Positions 29,409-40,228 of a stretch of DNA of 64,000 nt are shown one piece after another (the stretch's first letter is position 1; the number at the start of each line of letters is the position of its first letter). The notes beneath the pieces were generated by a model. The model saw nothing but the letters and a program-made list of their open reading frames with translations. It was not told the origin of the DNA and did no database searches. The DNA is from Clostridia bacterium (lineage in GTDB: Bacteria; Bacillota; Clostridia; Oscillospirales; CAG-382): the NCBI GenBank assembly GCA_017434845.1, contig JAFSGD010000060.1:5862-69861 (forward strand). The letters run 5' to 3'. A program made the translations under genes and the position numbers.

Positions 29409-29446
29409 TTATTATATAAAAAAGCAAACGAAAGGAGGAATGGCAA

Positions 29447-30688
29447 ATGTCGGCCTTTTCGGTTTTTAAAGATAAAAAAGGTAAGCGAAACAAGCAGGAA
29501 ACGCCAACCGTTGAATCGCATTATATAAAGCTTGCGCGCAGAACGGCGTTTCTGCGATATACCTGTCTTGCGCTCGTTGCCGCGTTTGCGGTTTATTCCT
29601 TCTCGTTCCACAGCAACGAGCTTACGCTTGATAACTTCAGATATATGCTGAAATTTATAAACCTCGGCGACGAGGCTGATACCCCCACGGGAAGCCTTAT
29701 TGCCTTTGACGGAAGCGCAGGCAACCGCGGCATTGTTTACAAGGGCGACCTTGCGGTTTTGAACGAAAGCGGGCTTTCGATAACCGGCTGGGACGGCGAG
29801 ATACTTCACAAGGCGGCTTTCACGTTTGATCATCCGAAAATGGTTGAAAACGGAATCAATCTTTTCTGCTATGATATCGGCGGCAAGGATATAAGAGTGT
29901 TCAACTCTTATTCTCAGGTTTGGAGCCCCGAAACGCCGTTTGAATACCCGATATATTGGCTTTCTGCCTCGAAAAGCGGCGGATTTGCCGTTGTCAGCTC
30001 GGCAAAAAGTTATCGCTCTGCCGTTTACGTTTACGACAGCGCGTTCCGCATAGTTTATTCCCGCCTTTTCGGCGATAAATACGTTGATTTCGTTGCACTT
30101 TCCGACAGCGGCAACGAATTTATAACCGCCGCACACTATTCCGAAAACGGCAACCTCGTAACGATCGTTTCGCGCTTTAGGACCGACAGCGAAGAGGTTA
30201 TCTTCTCGGAAAAATTCATAGGCGAGATACCGCTCGGCATATATTACACAAGCAACGGTTATTGCCTTATGACGAGCGATGCTTTAAGGTTTTACAACAG
30301 CGACGATACCGTTAACGCCAAAGTAAGCTTTGAAAACCGCGAGCTTCTTTCGGGCAAGGTGTTTGACGAAAAGGCGCTTGTTTGCTATGGGCTTGACGGG
30401 CTTTCGGGCGGAACCGAGGCAATAATCTACCGCAACGACGGAAGCGTTGAATTCTCGAAGCGGTTTGATACCTCGCTTTCCGATTCGTTGATTTGCGGAA
30501 ACAAGCTTTATACGCTTTCGCCCGGCAGGCTTTCGATTTTCGAGATAGGAACCGAAAGTAAAAACATTTATTCGGTGCCCACGGCTTATTCATCGTTGGT
30601 GCCCGACGGCGAAAGAGTAATTCTTTTCTCGGAAAATCAAGCGGAATATTTCGAAGCCTCGGCTTTTGATAAGATTGAAGATAAGTAA
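29447..30688 (+). CDS. Membrane-anchored beta-propeller-like protein (DUF5711-like)
   Basis: One N-terminal TM helix then repeated beta strands (YDIGG, YRSAVYVYD); upstream of a CvpA-like gene. Confidence 0.65.
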   Translation: MSAFSVFKDKKGKRNKQETPTVESHYIKLARRTAFLRYTCLALVAAFAVYSFSFHSNELTLDNFRYMLKFINLGDEADTPTGSLIAFDGSAGNRGIVYKGDLAVLNESGLSITGWDGEILHKAAFTFDHPKMVENGINLFCYDIGGKDIRVFNSYSQVWSPETPFEYPIYWLSASKSGGFAVVSSAKSYRSAVYVYDSAFRIVYSRLFGDKYVDFVALSDSGNEFITAAHYSENGNLVTIVSRFRTDSEEVIFSEKFIGEIPLGIYYTSNGYCLMTSDALRFYNSDDTVNAKVSFENRELLSGKVFDEKALVCYGLDGLSGGTEAIIYRNDGSVEFSKRFDTSLSDSLICGNKLYTLSPGRLSIFEIGTESKNIYSVPTAYSSLVPDGERVILFSENQAEYFEASAFDKIEDK

Positions 30689-30702
30689 TAAAGGGAGATT
30701 GT

Positions 30703-31410
30703 ATGAGCTGGACTCTTGACATTGTTATAATTGTGATTTTTGCGATAACCATGTTTTTTGCCATAAAAAACGGATTTATCAAAACCGCTATAAGCGCGGC
30801 TTCGTTTATTGTTGCGATCGGCATAACCTTCTGTTTTGCGGGAACGCTTGCCGACGCAATGGTTTCAACCCCCATTTCCGAAAGGATCGAAGAGGCTACC
30901 GCGCAGAAGATCGAAGACGTTATTTTGGAAAGCTCTTCGGATGCAACCGAGCTTTTAAAGGGAAGCTCTGAAAGCTTCAACGCGCTTATTTCCGTTGCGG
31001 GCGTTGAGCTTTATGAGGTTGACGAATTTTTTACCGATTCCGAAAACGCTTCGCTTGAGCCTGCCGAAAGGCTTGCAAAAAAGATATCCGAGCCCATTAT
31101 TAAAACCATTGCGCTTATTATTTCGGTAGTTATACTTTTCTTCGGCTCGCGCATAATTCTTGCAATAGCCGCCTCGGTGCTCGATAAGATAGCAAAGCTT
31201 CCTATTTTAAAAAGTTGCAACAAGCTTTTGGGCGTTTTACTCGGCTTGGCGCTTGCGGTTGTTAGAATAAGCCTTTTCTGCTTTATTGCAGGCGTTTTGA
31301 TTAAAAACGCGGCGTTCTTGGGAAGCGATTATATTTCGGCGCTCGACCCCGATAATACCCTGCTGTTCAAGCTTTTCCAAAATTTAGATATTTTCGGCTT
31401 TTTCATTTAA
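30703..31410 (+). CDS. CvpA (colicin V production) family membrane protein
   Basis: LDIV...GF, and N.LLG.LLG in the C-terminal half. Confidence 0.8.
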   Translation: MSWTLDIVIIVIFAITMFFAIKNGFIKTAISAASFIVAIGITFCFAGTLADAMVSTPISERIEEATAQKIEDVILESSSDATELLKGSSESFNALISVAGVELYEVDEFFTDSENASLEPAERLAKKISEPIIKTIALIISVVILFFGSRIILAIAASVLDKIAKLPILKSCNKLLGVLLGLALAVVRISLFCFIAGVLIKNAAFLGSDYISALDPDNTLLFKLFQNLDIFGFFI

Positions 31411-31425
31411 CAAAGAGGTTTTAAA

Positions 31426-31965
31426 ATGAACGTGAAAAAACAGATACCGAATATTCTTTCGGTATTCAGACTGTTTATGATACCCGTTTTTGTGGTCTAT
31501 TATTTCAAATACACGGTTCTGCCAAAAACGCTTATTTCGGCAGGTGTTTTCGTGCTTGCATGGGTTACCGACGCGCTCGACGGTTATCTTGCGCGCCGCA
31601 ATAACTGGATAACCGACGTTGGCAAGCTTTTGGATCCGCTTGCCGACAAGCTGATGCAAATAACCGCCGCCGTCTGCTTTACGATCGATAACCGAATTTT
31701 CTTGATGTTTCTTATACCGCTTGTGCTTAAAGAGCTGTTAATGCTTATCGGTGCGATCATTATTATGAAAAACAAAAAAGCCGCCGTTCAGGCAAGCTGG
31801 TACGGCAAGGTTGCAACGATTTTGCTGTTCGTTTGCGCGTTCGCTCGCATTATTGTAAGAGGCAATGCGGTTTTTGATACGGTTATTGCTTCGGTAATGC
31901 TTTTAACAATGCTTTTTGCGCTTGTTATGTATTATTTAAAGGATTTCAAGGGCAAATATATATAA
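31426..31965 (+). CDS. pgsA: CDP-alcohol phosphatidyltransferase (PgsA-like)
   Basis: PNILS..R and D..DG..AR...G..LD..AD. Confidence 0.88.
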   Translation: MNVKKQIPNILSVFRLFMIPVFVVYYFKYTVLPKTLISAGVFVLAWVTDALDGYLARRNNWITDVGKLLDPLADKLMQITAAVCFTIDNRIFLMFLIPLVLKELLMLIGAIIIMKNKKAAVQASWYGKVATILLFVCAFARIIVRGNAVFDTVIASVMLLTMLFALVMYYLKDFKGKYI

Positions 31966-32001
31966 GATCAGTTTTTTCACAAACAAAGAGGTGATACCCA
32001 A

Positions 32002-34290
32002 ATGGAATTTAAAAGATGCTCGCGCTGTAAGATCAGACCCGCGATTATTTTCGTTCAGAAAAACGTTGCCGGAAAGGTAACGAGCGAGGGCTTTTGCATT
32101 AAATGCGCTCAGGAGCTCGGCATTAAGCCGATTGACGATATTATAAATCAAATGAACATGAGCTCCGAGGATATCGAGGCGCTCAACGAAGGCATGATGG
32201 GCGGTATGATACCGTTCGAAAACGAAAACGAGGGCGACGACGAGGGCAGAGCTCCCTCAATAGACCTTAATTCATTTTTCGGCGGCGAAAACAAGCCCGC
32301 TGAGCAGGGCGAGCGCCCCTCGGAAAACGAAGCTAAGGCAAACGCAGGCAAGCAACAGAAAAAGCGCGGAATGAGCTATCTTCGTGATTTTTGCATTTGT
32401 CTTACCGAGCGTGCGCGCGAGGGCAAGCTTGATAACATTATCGGCAGAGACAACGAGCTTGAGCGTGTTATTCAAATTCTTACCCGCCGTCAGAAGAACA
32501 ACCCCTGCCTTATCGGCGAGCCCGGTGTCGGTAAGACCGCAGTTGCCGAGGCTTTGGCGCAAAAGGTTGCAAAGGGCGAGGTTCCATATAAGCTCAAGGA
32601 TAAAGAAATCTATCTTGTTGATATGACCGCCATCGTTGCGGGAACGCAGTTCCGCGGTCAATTCGAAAACAGAATGCGCGGCCTTATCGAAGAAACCAAA
32701 AAAGCGGGAAACGCAATTTTGGTTATCGACGAGGTGCATTCCATTGTCGGCGCAGGCAACGCCGAGGGCGGTATGAACGCCGCAAATATTCTTAAGCCCG
32801 CGCTTTCACGCGGCGAGATTCAGCTTATCGGCGCAACAACGCTTAACGAATACCGCCAATATATCGAAAAGGACGCCGCGCTTGAGCGCCGTTTCCAGCC
32901 CGTTATGATCGGAGAGCCCTCGATCGAAGACAGCATAAAGATTCTTCAGGGCATTAAAAAATATTATGAAGCACACCACGGAATCAACATTCCCGATTAT
33001 CTGCTTCGCAGAATGGTAACCCTTTCCGAGCGCTATATAACCGACCGATTCCTGCCCGACAAGGCGATCGACCTTATGGACGAGGCTTGCTCGCACATGG
33101 CAATGCATTCCCCTATCATAAACGAAATTGCTCTTTTGAGCGATGAAATAAAAAAGCTTCGCGGCGAGCTTGCAACGCTTGAGGGCAAGGAAAGCCCCGA
33201 GGAAGAGGATTATCGCCGCATTGCCGACCTTAAAACCGCTCTTTTACAGAAAGAAGCACGCTTTAACGAGCTTTCGGCAGAGCGTGATTCGCTTGAACTG
33301 AGCGATGCCGAAATCGCAAGAGTTATTGAGGTTTGGACAGGTGTTCCCGCAACCAACGTCAGCGAAAACGAGTTCGTTAAGATAGAACGCATCGAAGAAG
33401 AAATCAAGAACCGCATTGTCGGTCAGGACGATGCCGTTGCCTCGGTGGCAAAGGCGATTCGCCGTTCGCGTGCGGGAATCTCTTATAAAAAGAAGCCTGT
33501 TTCGTTTATTTTCGCAGGCAGCACGGGCGTTGGCAAAACCGAGCTTGTTAAGGTGCTTGCGCGCTATCTGTTCGATTCGCCCGAGGCGCTTATTCGTCTT
33601 GACATGAGCGAATTCATGGAAAAGCATTCAGTTTCGCGAATTATCGGTTCGCCTCCCGGCTACGTCGGCTATGACGAGGCGGGTCAGCTTACCGAAAAGA
33701 TAAGAAGAAAGCCCTATACCGTTATTCTCTTCGATGAGATCGAGAAGGCTCACCCCGACGTTATGAATATTCTGCTTCAGATTCTTGATGACGGCAGAAT
33801 AACCGATGCCCACGGCAAAGAGGTCAATTTCGAAAACACGGTTATTATAATGACAACCAACGCAGGCAGCAGCGACAGCACCTCGATTGCGGGCTTTGGC
33901 GAAAGCTTCAGCCAAAACGATCGCTCGAAGGTTATGAAGGCGCTTGAAGCCTTCCTACGCCCCGAGTTTATCAACCGCGTTGACGAGATCGTTGTATTCA
34001 ACCGCCTGAGCAAAGAGAACTTCGGCGATATCTGCCGCATCATGCTTGGCGATCTGCAATCGGTTCTTTCCGAAAAGGGCATTACGTTTGATTACGACAA
34101 CAGCCTTATCGGTTATCTTTCCGACAAGGGCTATTCGATTAAATACGGTGCAAGAAACCTGCGCCGTCTTATACAAACCGATATTGAAGACCCGCTTGCA
34201 ACTGAGATCGTTGCATCCTACCGCGAGCCCATTAAAAAGGTTTTTGCTTCGGTTTGCGACGGCAAGGTTGATTTGAAAACCGAAAAATAA
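32002..34290 (+). CDS. clpC: Hsp100/Clp ATPase (ClpC/ClpE-type) with an N-terminal C4 zinc finger
   Basis: CSRC...CIKC; two AAA+ modules ([16 protein letters not shown]); ClpP-binding IAGF loop; YGARNLRR. Confidence 0.85.
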   Translation: MEFKRCSRCKIRPAIIFVQKNVAGKVTSEGFCIKCAQELGIKPIDDIINQMNMSSEDIEALNEGMMGGMIPFENENEGDDEGRAPSIDLNSFFGGENKPAEQGERPSENEAKANAGKQQKKRGMSYLRDFCICLTERAREGKLDNIIGRDNELERVIQILTRRQKNNPCLIGEPGVGKTAVAEALAQKVAKGEVPYKLKDKEIYLVDMTAIVAGTQFRGQFENRMRGLIEETKKAGNAILVIDEVHSIVGAGNAEGGMNAANILKPALSRGEIQLIGATTLNEYRQYIEKDAALERRFQPVMIGEPSIEDSIKILQGIKKYYEAHHGINIPDYLLRRMVTLSERYITDRFLPDKAIDLMDEACSHMAMHSPIINEIALLSDEIKKLRGELATLEGKESPEEEDYRRIADLKTALLQKEARFNELSAERDSLELSDAEIARVIEVWTGVPATNVSENEFVKIERIEEEIKNRIVGQDDAVASVAKAIRRSRAGISYKKKPVSFIFAGSTGVGKTELVKVLARYLFDSPEALIRLDMSEFMEKHSVSRIIGSPPGYVGYDEAGQLTEKIRRKPYTVILFDEIEKAHPDVMNILLQILDDGRITDAHGKEVNFENTVIIMTTNAGSSDSTSIAGFGESFSQNDRSKVMKALEAFLRPEFINRVDEIVVFNRLSKENFGDICRIMLGDLQSVLSEKGITFDYDNSLIGYLSDKGYSIKYGARNLRRLIQTDIEDPLATEIVASYREPIKKVFASVCDGKVDLKTEK

Positions 34291-34317
34291 GCTTTTATAT
34301 TACCTCAGAGGGTTGAA

Positions 34318-37158
34318 ATGGCAAACAACGGAAATGAAAAATTGAAAATTAAGACCGTTTCCGGCGAAGCGGGCGAAGAGAACATAACCTTCTCGCCCGA
34401 GGAGATGCAACCCTTTGAGGTTGCCGAGGCGCTGGAAAGCGACCTTATCGACGGCAAGACCGAAAAGCAGGTTCGCAGAGCAAAAAGGCTTTTCGGCGTT
34501 AACGAAACCAAGGGCGAGTTCAGGCTTTCGTTCCGCGAAAGCTTAAGAAATCAGCTCAAAGGTATGACCCCGCTGTTTCTTATGATATGCTCGTTTATAA
34601 TGTATCTCTTCCGCACCGACGAGCCGACTTATCTTGTTATGTCGCTTGTTATTGCGGCAATAACGGTTATCAACGCCGTTGCCGAGAAGCGCGCCTCGAT
34701 AGCGTTGCGTGTTCCCAAAAAATATTCCTCGCTTAAAGCCAAGGTCATCAGAAACGGCGAGGAGATAACCGTTGACAGCCGACAGCTTGTTCCGGGCGAC
34801 GTTATCTTTATTGAAGAGGGCGTTATGGTGCCCGCCGACTGCCGACTTATCGACGATATGGGGCTTTCGGTTATGGAAACGCACGTTAGCGGAAACGAAG
34901 GAAGCGTTGTTAAAAACAGCCGCTATATCGCCCGCGACGGCGCCGAGCCGATTTGCGCAAACATGGTTTATGCGGGAAGCATTGTTACCGCAGGCCACGC
35001 CAGCGCAATAGTTTGCCGAATAGGCAAGGAAACGCTTATTCGCAAAATGCGTGCGGGAACCGAAAACTACACTCCCGATATTATCAAATACGTTCAAAAC
35101 CTTTGCCGATTCATTTCGGTTGCATCGGTTGCGATTTGCTTTTTGCTTCTGTTTATCGGTGTTGCCGCAGGCGCAGACATAACAAATTGGTTCATTTGTG
35201 CGCTTGCCATCGGCGCGGCATCGCTTTGCGACAGCATGGTTTCGCTTTGCGCTTCTTCGCTCGGCTTCGGTGCGAAGAAAATGACCGAAGACGGAATGGT
35301 TATTAAAAACTACGGCTGTGTGCAAAAGCTTGCCAAGGTGAACACGATCATGTGCGGTAAAAGCCTTGCCTTTCCGCCGAAGCGGATTTCGCTTACAGGG
35401 CTTTATTTCTCGGGTAAAAGCTACGACCGCGAAAAGCGCCCCGACGAAACCGCCGAAGAGCTTTTGAAGCTTATGCTGGTTTGCTCGGATGCAAGAAAAA
35501 TAACCGCCGCCGAAAAGAAAAAAACTCGCGGACTTCCCGAATACAAGGGGCTTCCGCTCGACGATGCGATAGTTGATTATTTCGGCGAATGGAACAAAAG
35601 CATCGGCGATATTCGCGAGCAATATATAAGAATGGATGCCGAATACAGCCTTTCGGGCGATATTTCGAGAATGCTTGCGCTTCATAACGGCAAAAACACC
35701 GTTATCGTTCGCGGCTCGCCCGAAAACATTCTTTCGCGCTGTGCGGGATATTCGCTCGACGGAACCGATTATAAAATAAGCGATTTCACGCGGAAAAAGA
35801 TTCTTTCTGCCGCCGAGGATCTTGCACGAACCAACAGCTTTTTGGTTGCGATTGCCTGCGGCGAGACCAACGCCGAATCGTTGCGCGATATCGACGTTGA
35901 AGAACGGCTGATATTCAAGGGCTTCGTTTCGTTTGCAAGCTCGCTTGACGCGGGCGTTGCATCTTCGGTTTACCGTTGCGAAAGCGCGGGAATCGAAACC
36001 GTTTTGAATTCGAACGACGCATATTATACCGCGCTTAATTCGGCGAAAAGCGCGGGAATCATAACCGACGAATCTCAGCTTATAACCGCCGAGCAGTATC
36101 GCTCGATAAGCGAGGGCTTAAGAATCGCAAATTGCCCCTATTACCGCTTGTTCCTTAACGTTGACGACAGCGAATGGCATGATATTATTAAAATGAGGCG
36201 CGACAGCGGCAAGGTTGCCGCAGTTACCGCCGAGCGAATAAACGAGCTTCCGATAATGAGCGAAGCCGACGTTTCGATCGTGCCCGAAAGCTCGTGCGAT
36301 ACGCTTAGGCAAACCGCCGACGCCATGCTTCTCGGAAGCGGAATAAACCTTATTGCCGACGGTATACTTAACGCAAAAACGATTTGCCGAAGGATCTTTT
36401 CGGTTATATCCTATCTGCCCGCCGGAATATTGATGATGTTTATTGCATCGGTGTTCTGCGCCTGCTATGACCAATCGCCCGCGCTTAGAGCGCAAGACGT
36501 TCTGTTCGGCGGAATAATATTCAATTTGGCTTTCGCCTTTGCGCTCGCATTCGAACCGCGCCACGTTAAAAATCTGCGCGATACCTTTGTTTTCGACAGC
36601 ATCAAGCCCAAAATCAACGATTTTATCTACCCCTTGATGTTTGCCATGGGCGGAGGCATAACTCTGTTTATCGTCAGCGCATCAACGCAAAGCTATACCT
36701 GCTCGCTCATCGCACTTACGATCATGCTGTTTATTCATGCTGCAACCGTGGCAAGCCACGGCGGCATTATCGCAACAAGACGCTTCGGCAGCCGCTTGCT
36801 TTGGCTTTGCGGCTTCGGCGCGGCGATAGTTTTGGCTGTCCTTATGTTCACGGGGCTCGTAAGCAGCGTTTTCGGCTATGGCTTGCCGAACGTAACAAAG
36901 CTTATTATTGCGCTTTCGTTCAGCGCGGGATATTGCGTTTTGAGCCAGATCTTGCGTTATTTCATCTCTTCAAAGGGCAAAAAGACATCGGAGCCCGAAG
37001 AGGAAGAAAACGAAGAAGACGATCACTCCGAACGCGCCGGCGATTCGTTCAACGATATGTTCGAAGAAGAAGACCTGCCCGACGATATCGCGGCAGATGA
37101 ACCGGAAGAAGAAAAAAATAATATAGAAATCCAAGAAAGGAGCAACGAAAATGACTAA
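34318..37158 (+). CDS. P2-type cation-transporting ATPase homologue lacking the catalytic motifs
   Basis: VIRNG, LVPGD, VPADCR, NMVYAGS, RGSPE and a full TM layout, but DKTGT is replaced by GKSLA. Confidence 0.85.
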   Translation: MANNGNEKLKIKTVSGEAGEENITFSPEEMQPFEVAEALESDLIDGKTEKQVRRAKRLFGVNETKGEFRLSFRESLRNQLKGMTPLFLMICSFIMYLFRTDEPTYLVMSLVIAAITVINAVAEKRASIALRVPKKYSSLKAKVIRNGEEITVDSRQLVPGDVIFIEEGVMVPADCRLIDDMGLSVMETHVSGNEGSVVKNSRYIARDGAEPICANMVYAGSIVTAGHASAIVCRIGKETLIRKMRAGTENYTPDIIKYVQNLCRFISVASVAICFLLLFIGVAAGADITNWFICALAIGAASLCDSMVSLCASSLGFGAKKMTEDGMVIKNYGCVQKLAKVNTIMCGKSLAFPPKRISLTGLYFSGKSYDREKRPDETAEELLKLMLVCSDARKITAAEKKKTRGLPEYKGLPLDDAIVDYFGEWNKSIGDIREQYIRMDAEYSLSGDISRMLALHNGKNTVIVRGSPENILSRCAGYSLDGTDYKISDFTRKKILSAAEDLARTNSFLVAIACGETNAESLRDIDVEERLIFKGFVSFASSLDAGVASSVYRCESAGIETVLNSNDAYYTALNSAKSAGIITDESQLITAEQYRSISEGLRIANCPYYRLFLNVDDSEWHDIIKMRRDSGKVAAVTAERINELPIMSEADVSIVPESSCDTLRQTADAMLLGSGINLIADGILNAKTICRRIFSVISYLPAGILMMFIASVFCACYDQSPALRAQDVLFGGIIFNLAFAFALAFEPRHVKNLRDTFVFDSIKPKINDFIYPLMFAMGGGITLFIVSASTQSYTCSLIALTIMLFIHAATVASHGGIIATRRFGSRLLWLCGFGAAIVLAVLMFTGLVSSVFGYGLPNVTKLIIALSFSAGYCVLSQILRYFISSKGKKTSEPEEEENEEDDHSERAGDSFNDMFEEEDLPDDIAADEPEEEKNNIEIQERSNEND

Positions 37159-37345
37159 AATAACCGCAGATATGCTTGTCGGCGACGTTCTCGATGCAAA
37201 GCCCGAGCTCGCGAAATATTTCCTCGAGATCGGTATGCATTGCCTCGGATGCCCTATGTCCCGCGGCGAATCTATCGCAGATGCCTGCAGTGCTCACGGT
37301 CAGAATGCCGAAGAATTGCTCGCAAAGCTTAACGCAGCTCTTTAA
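37151..37345 (+). CDS. DUF1858 domain small protein
   Basis: IT.DM.VG...GMHCLGCP...ES...AC..HG. Confidence 0.9.
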   Translation: MTKITADMLVGDVLDAKPELAKYFLEIGMHCLGCPMSRGESIADACSAHGQNAEELLAKLNAAL

Positions 37346-37446
37346 AAGGCTTTATTCGGGGAGAACCTTTTCTCCCCGAAAACACAACGTTTTTGCAGAA
37401 AAACAAAGAAAAACCGCGAAAATGCGGTTAAAAAGGAGTATTTATC

Positions 37447-37920
37447 ATGGCTAAGAAACCCGGATTGATTTCTGAATTCAAGGCATTTATCACCAAAGGT
37501 AACATCCTCGACATGGCTGTCGGCGTTATCATGGGCGGTGCGTTCGGTAAGATCGTTTCCTCGCTCGTTGCCGATATTATCATGCCCGCTATCGGCGCGC
37601 TTTGCAACACCAAATCGCTTTCCGACCTTAAATACGTTATCACCGAAGCAACCCTCGACGAAGCAGGCGCTGTTGTATCTGCCGAGGTTGCTATCAAATA
37701 CGGTCAGTTCATCATGTACATAGTCGATTTCCTTATCGTTGCTATCTGCATGTTCCTTGTTATCCGCTTCTTCATGAAGATGAGAACCAGACTTGAAAAC
37801 CTTAAGAAGAAGGAAGCTGAAGAGGAAGCTCCCGCGGCTCCCGCAGAGCCCACCGTTGAAGAAAAGACTCTCGCAACCCTCAACGATATCAAGGCTCTTC
37901 TTGAAAAGAACAACAAATAA
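37447..37920 (+). CDS. mscL: Large-conductance mechanosensitive channel
   Basis: EFKAFI.KGN.LDMAVGV..G.AFGKIV.SLV.DIIMP; YGQF. Confidence 0.96.
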   Translation: MAKKPGLISEFKAFITKGNILDMAVGVIMGGAFGKIVSSLVADIIMPAIGALCNTKSLSDLKYVITEATLDEAGAVVSAEVAIKYGQFIMYIVDFLIVAICMFLVIRFFMKMRTRLENLKKKEAEEEAPAAPAEPTVEEKTLATLNDIKALLEKNNK

Positions 37921-38804
37921 TGGCTGAATACCTTATCGGTATTGACGGCGGCGGAAGCAAAACCGATTTTTTGCTTTGCGACAAACAGCTTAACGAAAAG
38001 GCGCGCCGCTTTGCAGGGCGCTCGAACCCCAACGATATCGGAATCGATGCGGTGGCCGAGCTTATTAAAGAAAACGTTCTTGCTCTGCTTTCGGAAAACG
38101 GCGTTTCGGCAAGCGAAATTTCTGCCGCGTTTGCGGGCATTGCGGGTGCTTCTAACGACGATAACGTCGTTCGGCTTACCGCCGCTTTGAAAAGTGTTCT
38201 TCCCAACGCAAAGGCCGAGGCCTTTCACGATGGCATAAACGTGCTCTACGGCGCGTTTCCGTATGAAGACGGCGTTAGCATTATTTGCGGAACGGGCTCT
38301 TCCTGCTTTATTAAAAAGGGCGAAGAGATCATTCGCATCGGCGGCTACGGCAGCTTTGACCTTTCGGGAAACGGCTATGAGATAGGCAGAGCGGGGCTTG
38401 CGCACGCACTTAAAACCATTGACGGCAGAGCCGAATTCGGTATTATGGATGAGCTTATTGCCGAGCGTGTGGGAAACGACTTTCTTGTTGCGCTCGACAA
38501 AATGCTTATAATGACGAAAAACGAGCTCGCCTCGTTTGCGCCAACCGTTTTTGAAGCCGCAAGCCGCGGCGACGATGCGGCGCTTGCAATAATCGACGAA
38601 AATATGGATTATATCGCCGAGCTCATCAACCGCGCGGGCGTTTACTTTAAAAACGATTATAAGGTTGCGCTTGCGGGCGGAATAATGAAAAGCGAGATTG
38701 CGGTTTCGCTTCTTTCAACCAAGCTTAACAGCCGAGCAAGGCTTATTAAAAGCGAGATTGCTCCCGTTTTCGGTGCCGCCGCAAGAGCTTTGCAACTATT
38801 ATGA
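37920..38804 (+). CDS. BadF/BadG/BcrA/BcrD ATPase-family sugar kinase (GlcNAc/MurNAc kinase-like)
   Basis: GIDGGGSKT, GIAG, ICGTGS, GGYG, LAGG. Confidence 0.85.
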   Translation: MAEYLIGIDGGGSKTDFLLCDKQLNEKARRFAGRSNPNDIGIDAVAELIKENVLALLSENGVSASEISAAFAGIAGASNDDNVVRLTAALKSVLPNAKAEAFHDGINVLYGAFPYEDGVSIICGTGSSCFIKKGEEIIRIGGYGSFDLSGNGYEIGRAGLAHALKTIDGRAEFGIMDELIAERVGNDFLVALDKMLIMTKNELASFAPTVFEAASRGDDAALAIIDENMDYIAELINRAGVYFKNDYKVALAGGIMKSEIAVSLLSTKLNSRARLIKSEIAPVFGAAARALQLL

Positions 38805-38819
38805 CCGATATACGACCAA

Positions 38820-38851
38820 AAAGAGCAGTGGGATTTTTCCACTGCTCTTTT
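38820..38851 (+). terminator. Intrinsic terminator
   Basis: AAAGAGCAGTGG-gatttt-TCCACTGCTCTTTT. Confidence 0.75.
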
Positions 38852-38887
38852 CCTTTTCCCTATTGACTTTTCAATGGTTTTATGTTA

Positions 38888-38905
38888 ATATAACATTTGT
38901 TATAT
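38888..38905. promoter_or_regulatory. Palindromic operator, probably for TetR autoregulation
   Basis: ATATAACA-tt-TGTTATAT in the -10 region downstream of TTGACT. Confidence 0.65.
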
Positions 38906-38932
38906 ATCGTCGGTTATATAAGGAGCGTCAGG

Positions 38933-39493
38933 ATGCCGCCTAAGATTAAAGTAACAAAAGAAGATATTGTTAACGCCGCGGTAGATATAGTCAGAAGCAG
39001 CGGCGACTCGGCTATCAACGCAAGAAACGTTGCTTCGGTATTAAATTGTTCTACACAGCCGGTATTTTCGAACTTTGCTTCAATGGATGAGCTTCGCCTC
39101 GCGGTCGTTGAAAGAGCCGATGCTCTGTGCAACGACTATATTCGGCGCGAGGCCGAAAGCGGAAAATACCCTGCCTACAAGGCAAGCGGTATGGCTTACA
39201 TACGATTCGCAAAAGAGGAAAAAGAGCTTTTTAAGCTTCTTTATATGCGCGATCGCACCAACGAGATGATTTCCGAATCAAGCGCACTCAATGATAAAAT
39301 GGAATCGATCGTGCAAAATAATACAGGGCTCAACAGCGAAGATGCAAAGCTGTTCCACCTTGAAATGTGGGCGTATGTTCACGGAATTGCCGCTATGTTT
39401 GCCACAGGCTTTTTGGATCTTGATTGGGAACTTGTCAGCAAAATGCTCACGGATTCCTATCAAGGACTTCGAAAACAATACGATGTGGGGTGA
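38933..39493 (+). CDS. TetR/AcrR-family regulator (WHG-type C-terminus)
   Basis: MPPK.K.TKE.I..AA, CSTQP, W..VHG. Confidence 0.92.
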   Translation: MPPKIKVTKEDIVNAAVDIVRSSGDSAINARNVASVLNCSTQPVFSNFASMDELRLAVVERADALCNDYIRREAESGKYPAYKASGMAYIRFAKEEKELFKLLYMRDRTNEMISESSALNDKMESIVQNNTGLNSEDAKLFHLEMWAYVHGIAAMFATGFLDLDWELVSKMLTDSYQGLRKQYDVG

Positions 39494-39499
39494 TCAATA

Positions 39500-40228
39500 A
39501 TGGATGCCATTAGAATTGAAGGTTTAACAAAAAAATACAAAGATACCGTTGCGGTAGATAACCTTTGTCTTTCTGTTCGAGAGGGCGAGCTGTTTTCTCT
39601 GCTCGGGGTGAACGGCGCAGGCAAAACGACCATCATCAAAATGCTTTCCTGCCTGACACAGCCCACAAGCGGAAACGCCTTTTTGAACGGAAAAAGCATT
39701 ATCGAAGAATCTGCCGCAGTGAAATCGATCATTGCCGTTTCACCGCAGGAAACCGCAGTTGCGCCCGGACTTTCGGTTTGCGAAAACCTTGAGCTGATGT
39801 GCGGAGTTCACGGATTCACAAAGGAAAAGCAAAACAAAAAGATCTCTGAGCTGACCGATCTCTTGGGGTTTGAATCGGTATTAAAGAAAAAGGCAGGCAA
39901 GCTATCGGGCGGTTGGCAACGTCGATTGAGTATTGCAATGGCGCTTATCAGTGAGCCTCGGATTCTTTTCCTCGACGAACCCACACTCGGTCTTGACGTG
40001 CTTGCTCGCAGCGACCTATGGGATATAATCCGCTCTCTCAAAGGAAAGGTTACGATCATTCTGACAACGCATTATATGGAAGAAGCCGAAGCGCTTTCCG
40101 ACCGCATTGCAATTATGAAAGACGGCAAGCTTCTCATCTGCGATACTGCCGACAAAATAAAAGAAACCGCCGGCACAGACAGTTTTGAGCAAGCCTTTGT
40201 ACGCATCGTCAAGGGGGTGGCAAAATGA
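39500..40228 (+). CDS. ABC-2 type exporter ATP-binding protein
   Basis: GVNGAGKTT, LSGG, LDEPT, TTHY. Confidence 0.93.
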   Translation: MDAIRIEGLTKKYKDTVAVDNLCLSVREGELFSLLGVNGAGKTTIIKMLSCLTQPTSGNAFLNGKSIIEESAAVKSIIAVSPQETAVAPGLSVCENLELMCGVHGFTKEKQNKKISELTDLLGFESVLKKKAGKLSGGWQRRLSIAMALISEPRILFLDEPTLGLDVLARSDLWDIIRSLKGKVTIILTTHYMEEAEALSDRIAIMKDGKLLICDTADKIKETAGTDSFEQAFVRIVKGVAK

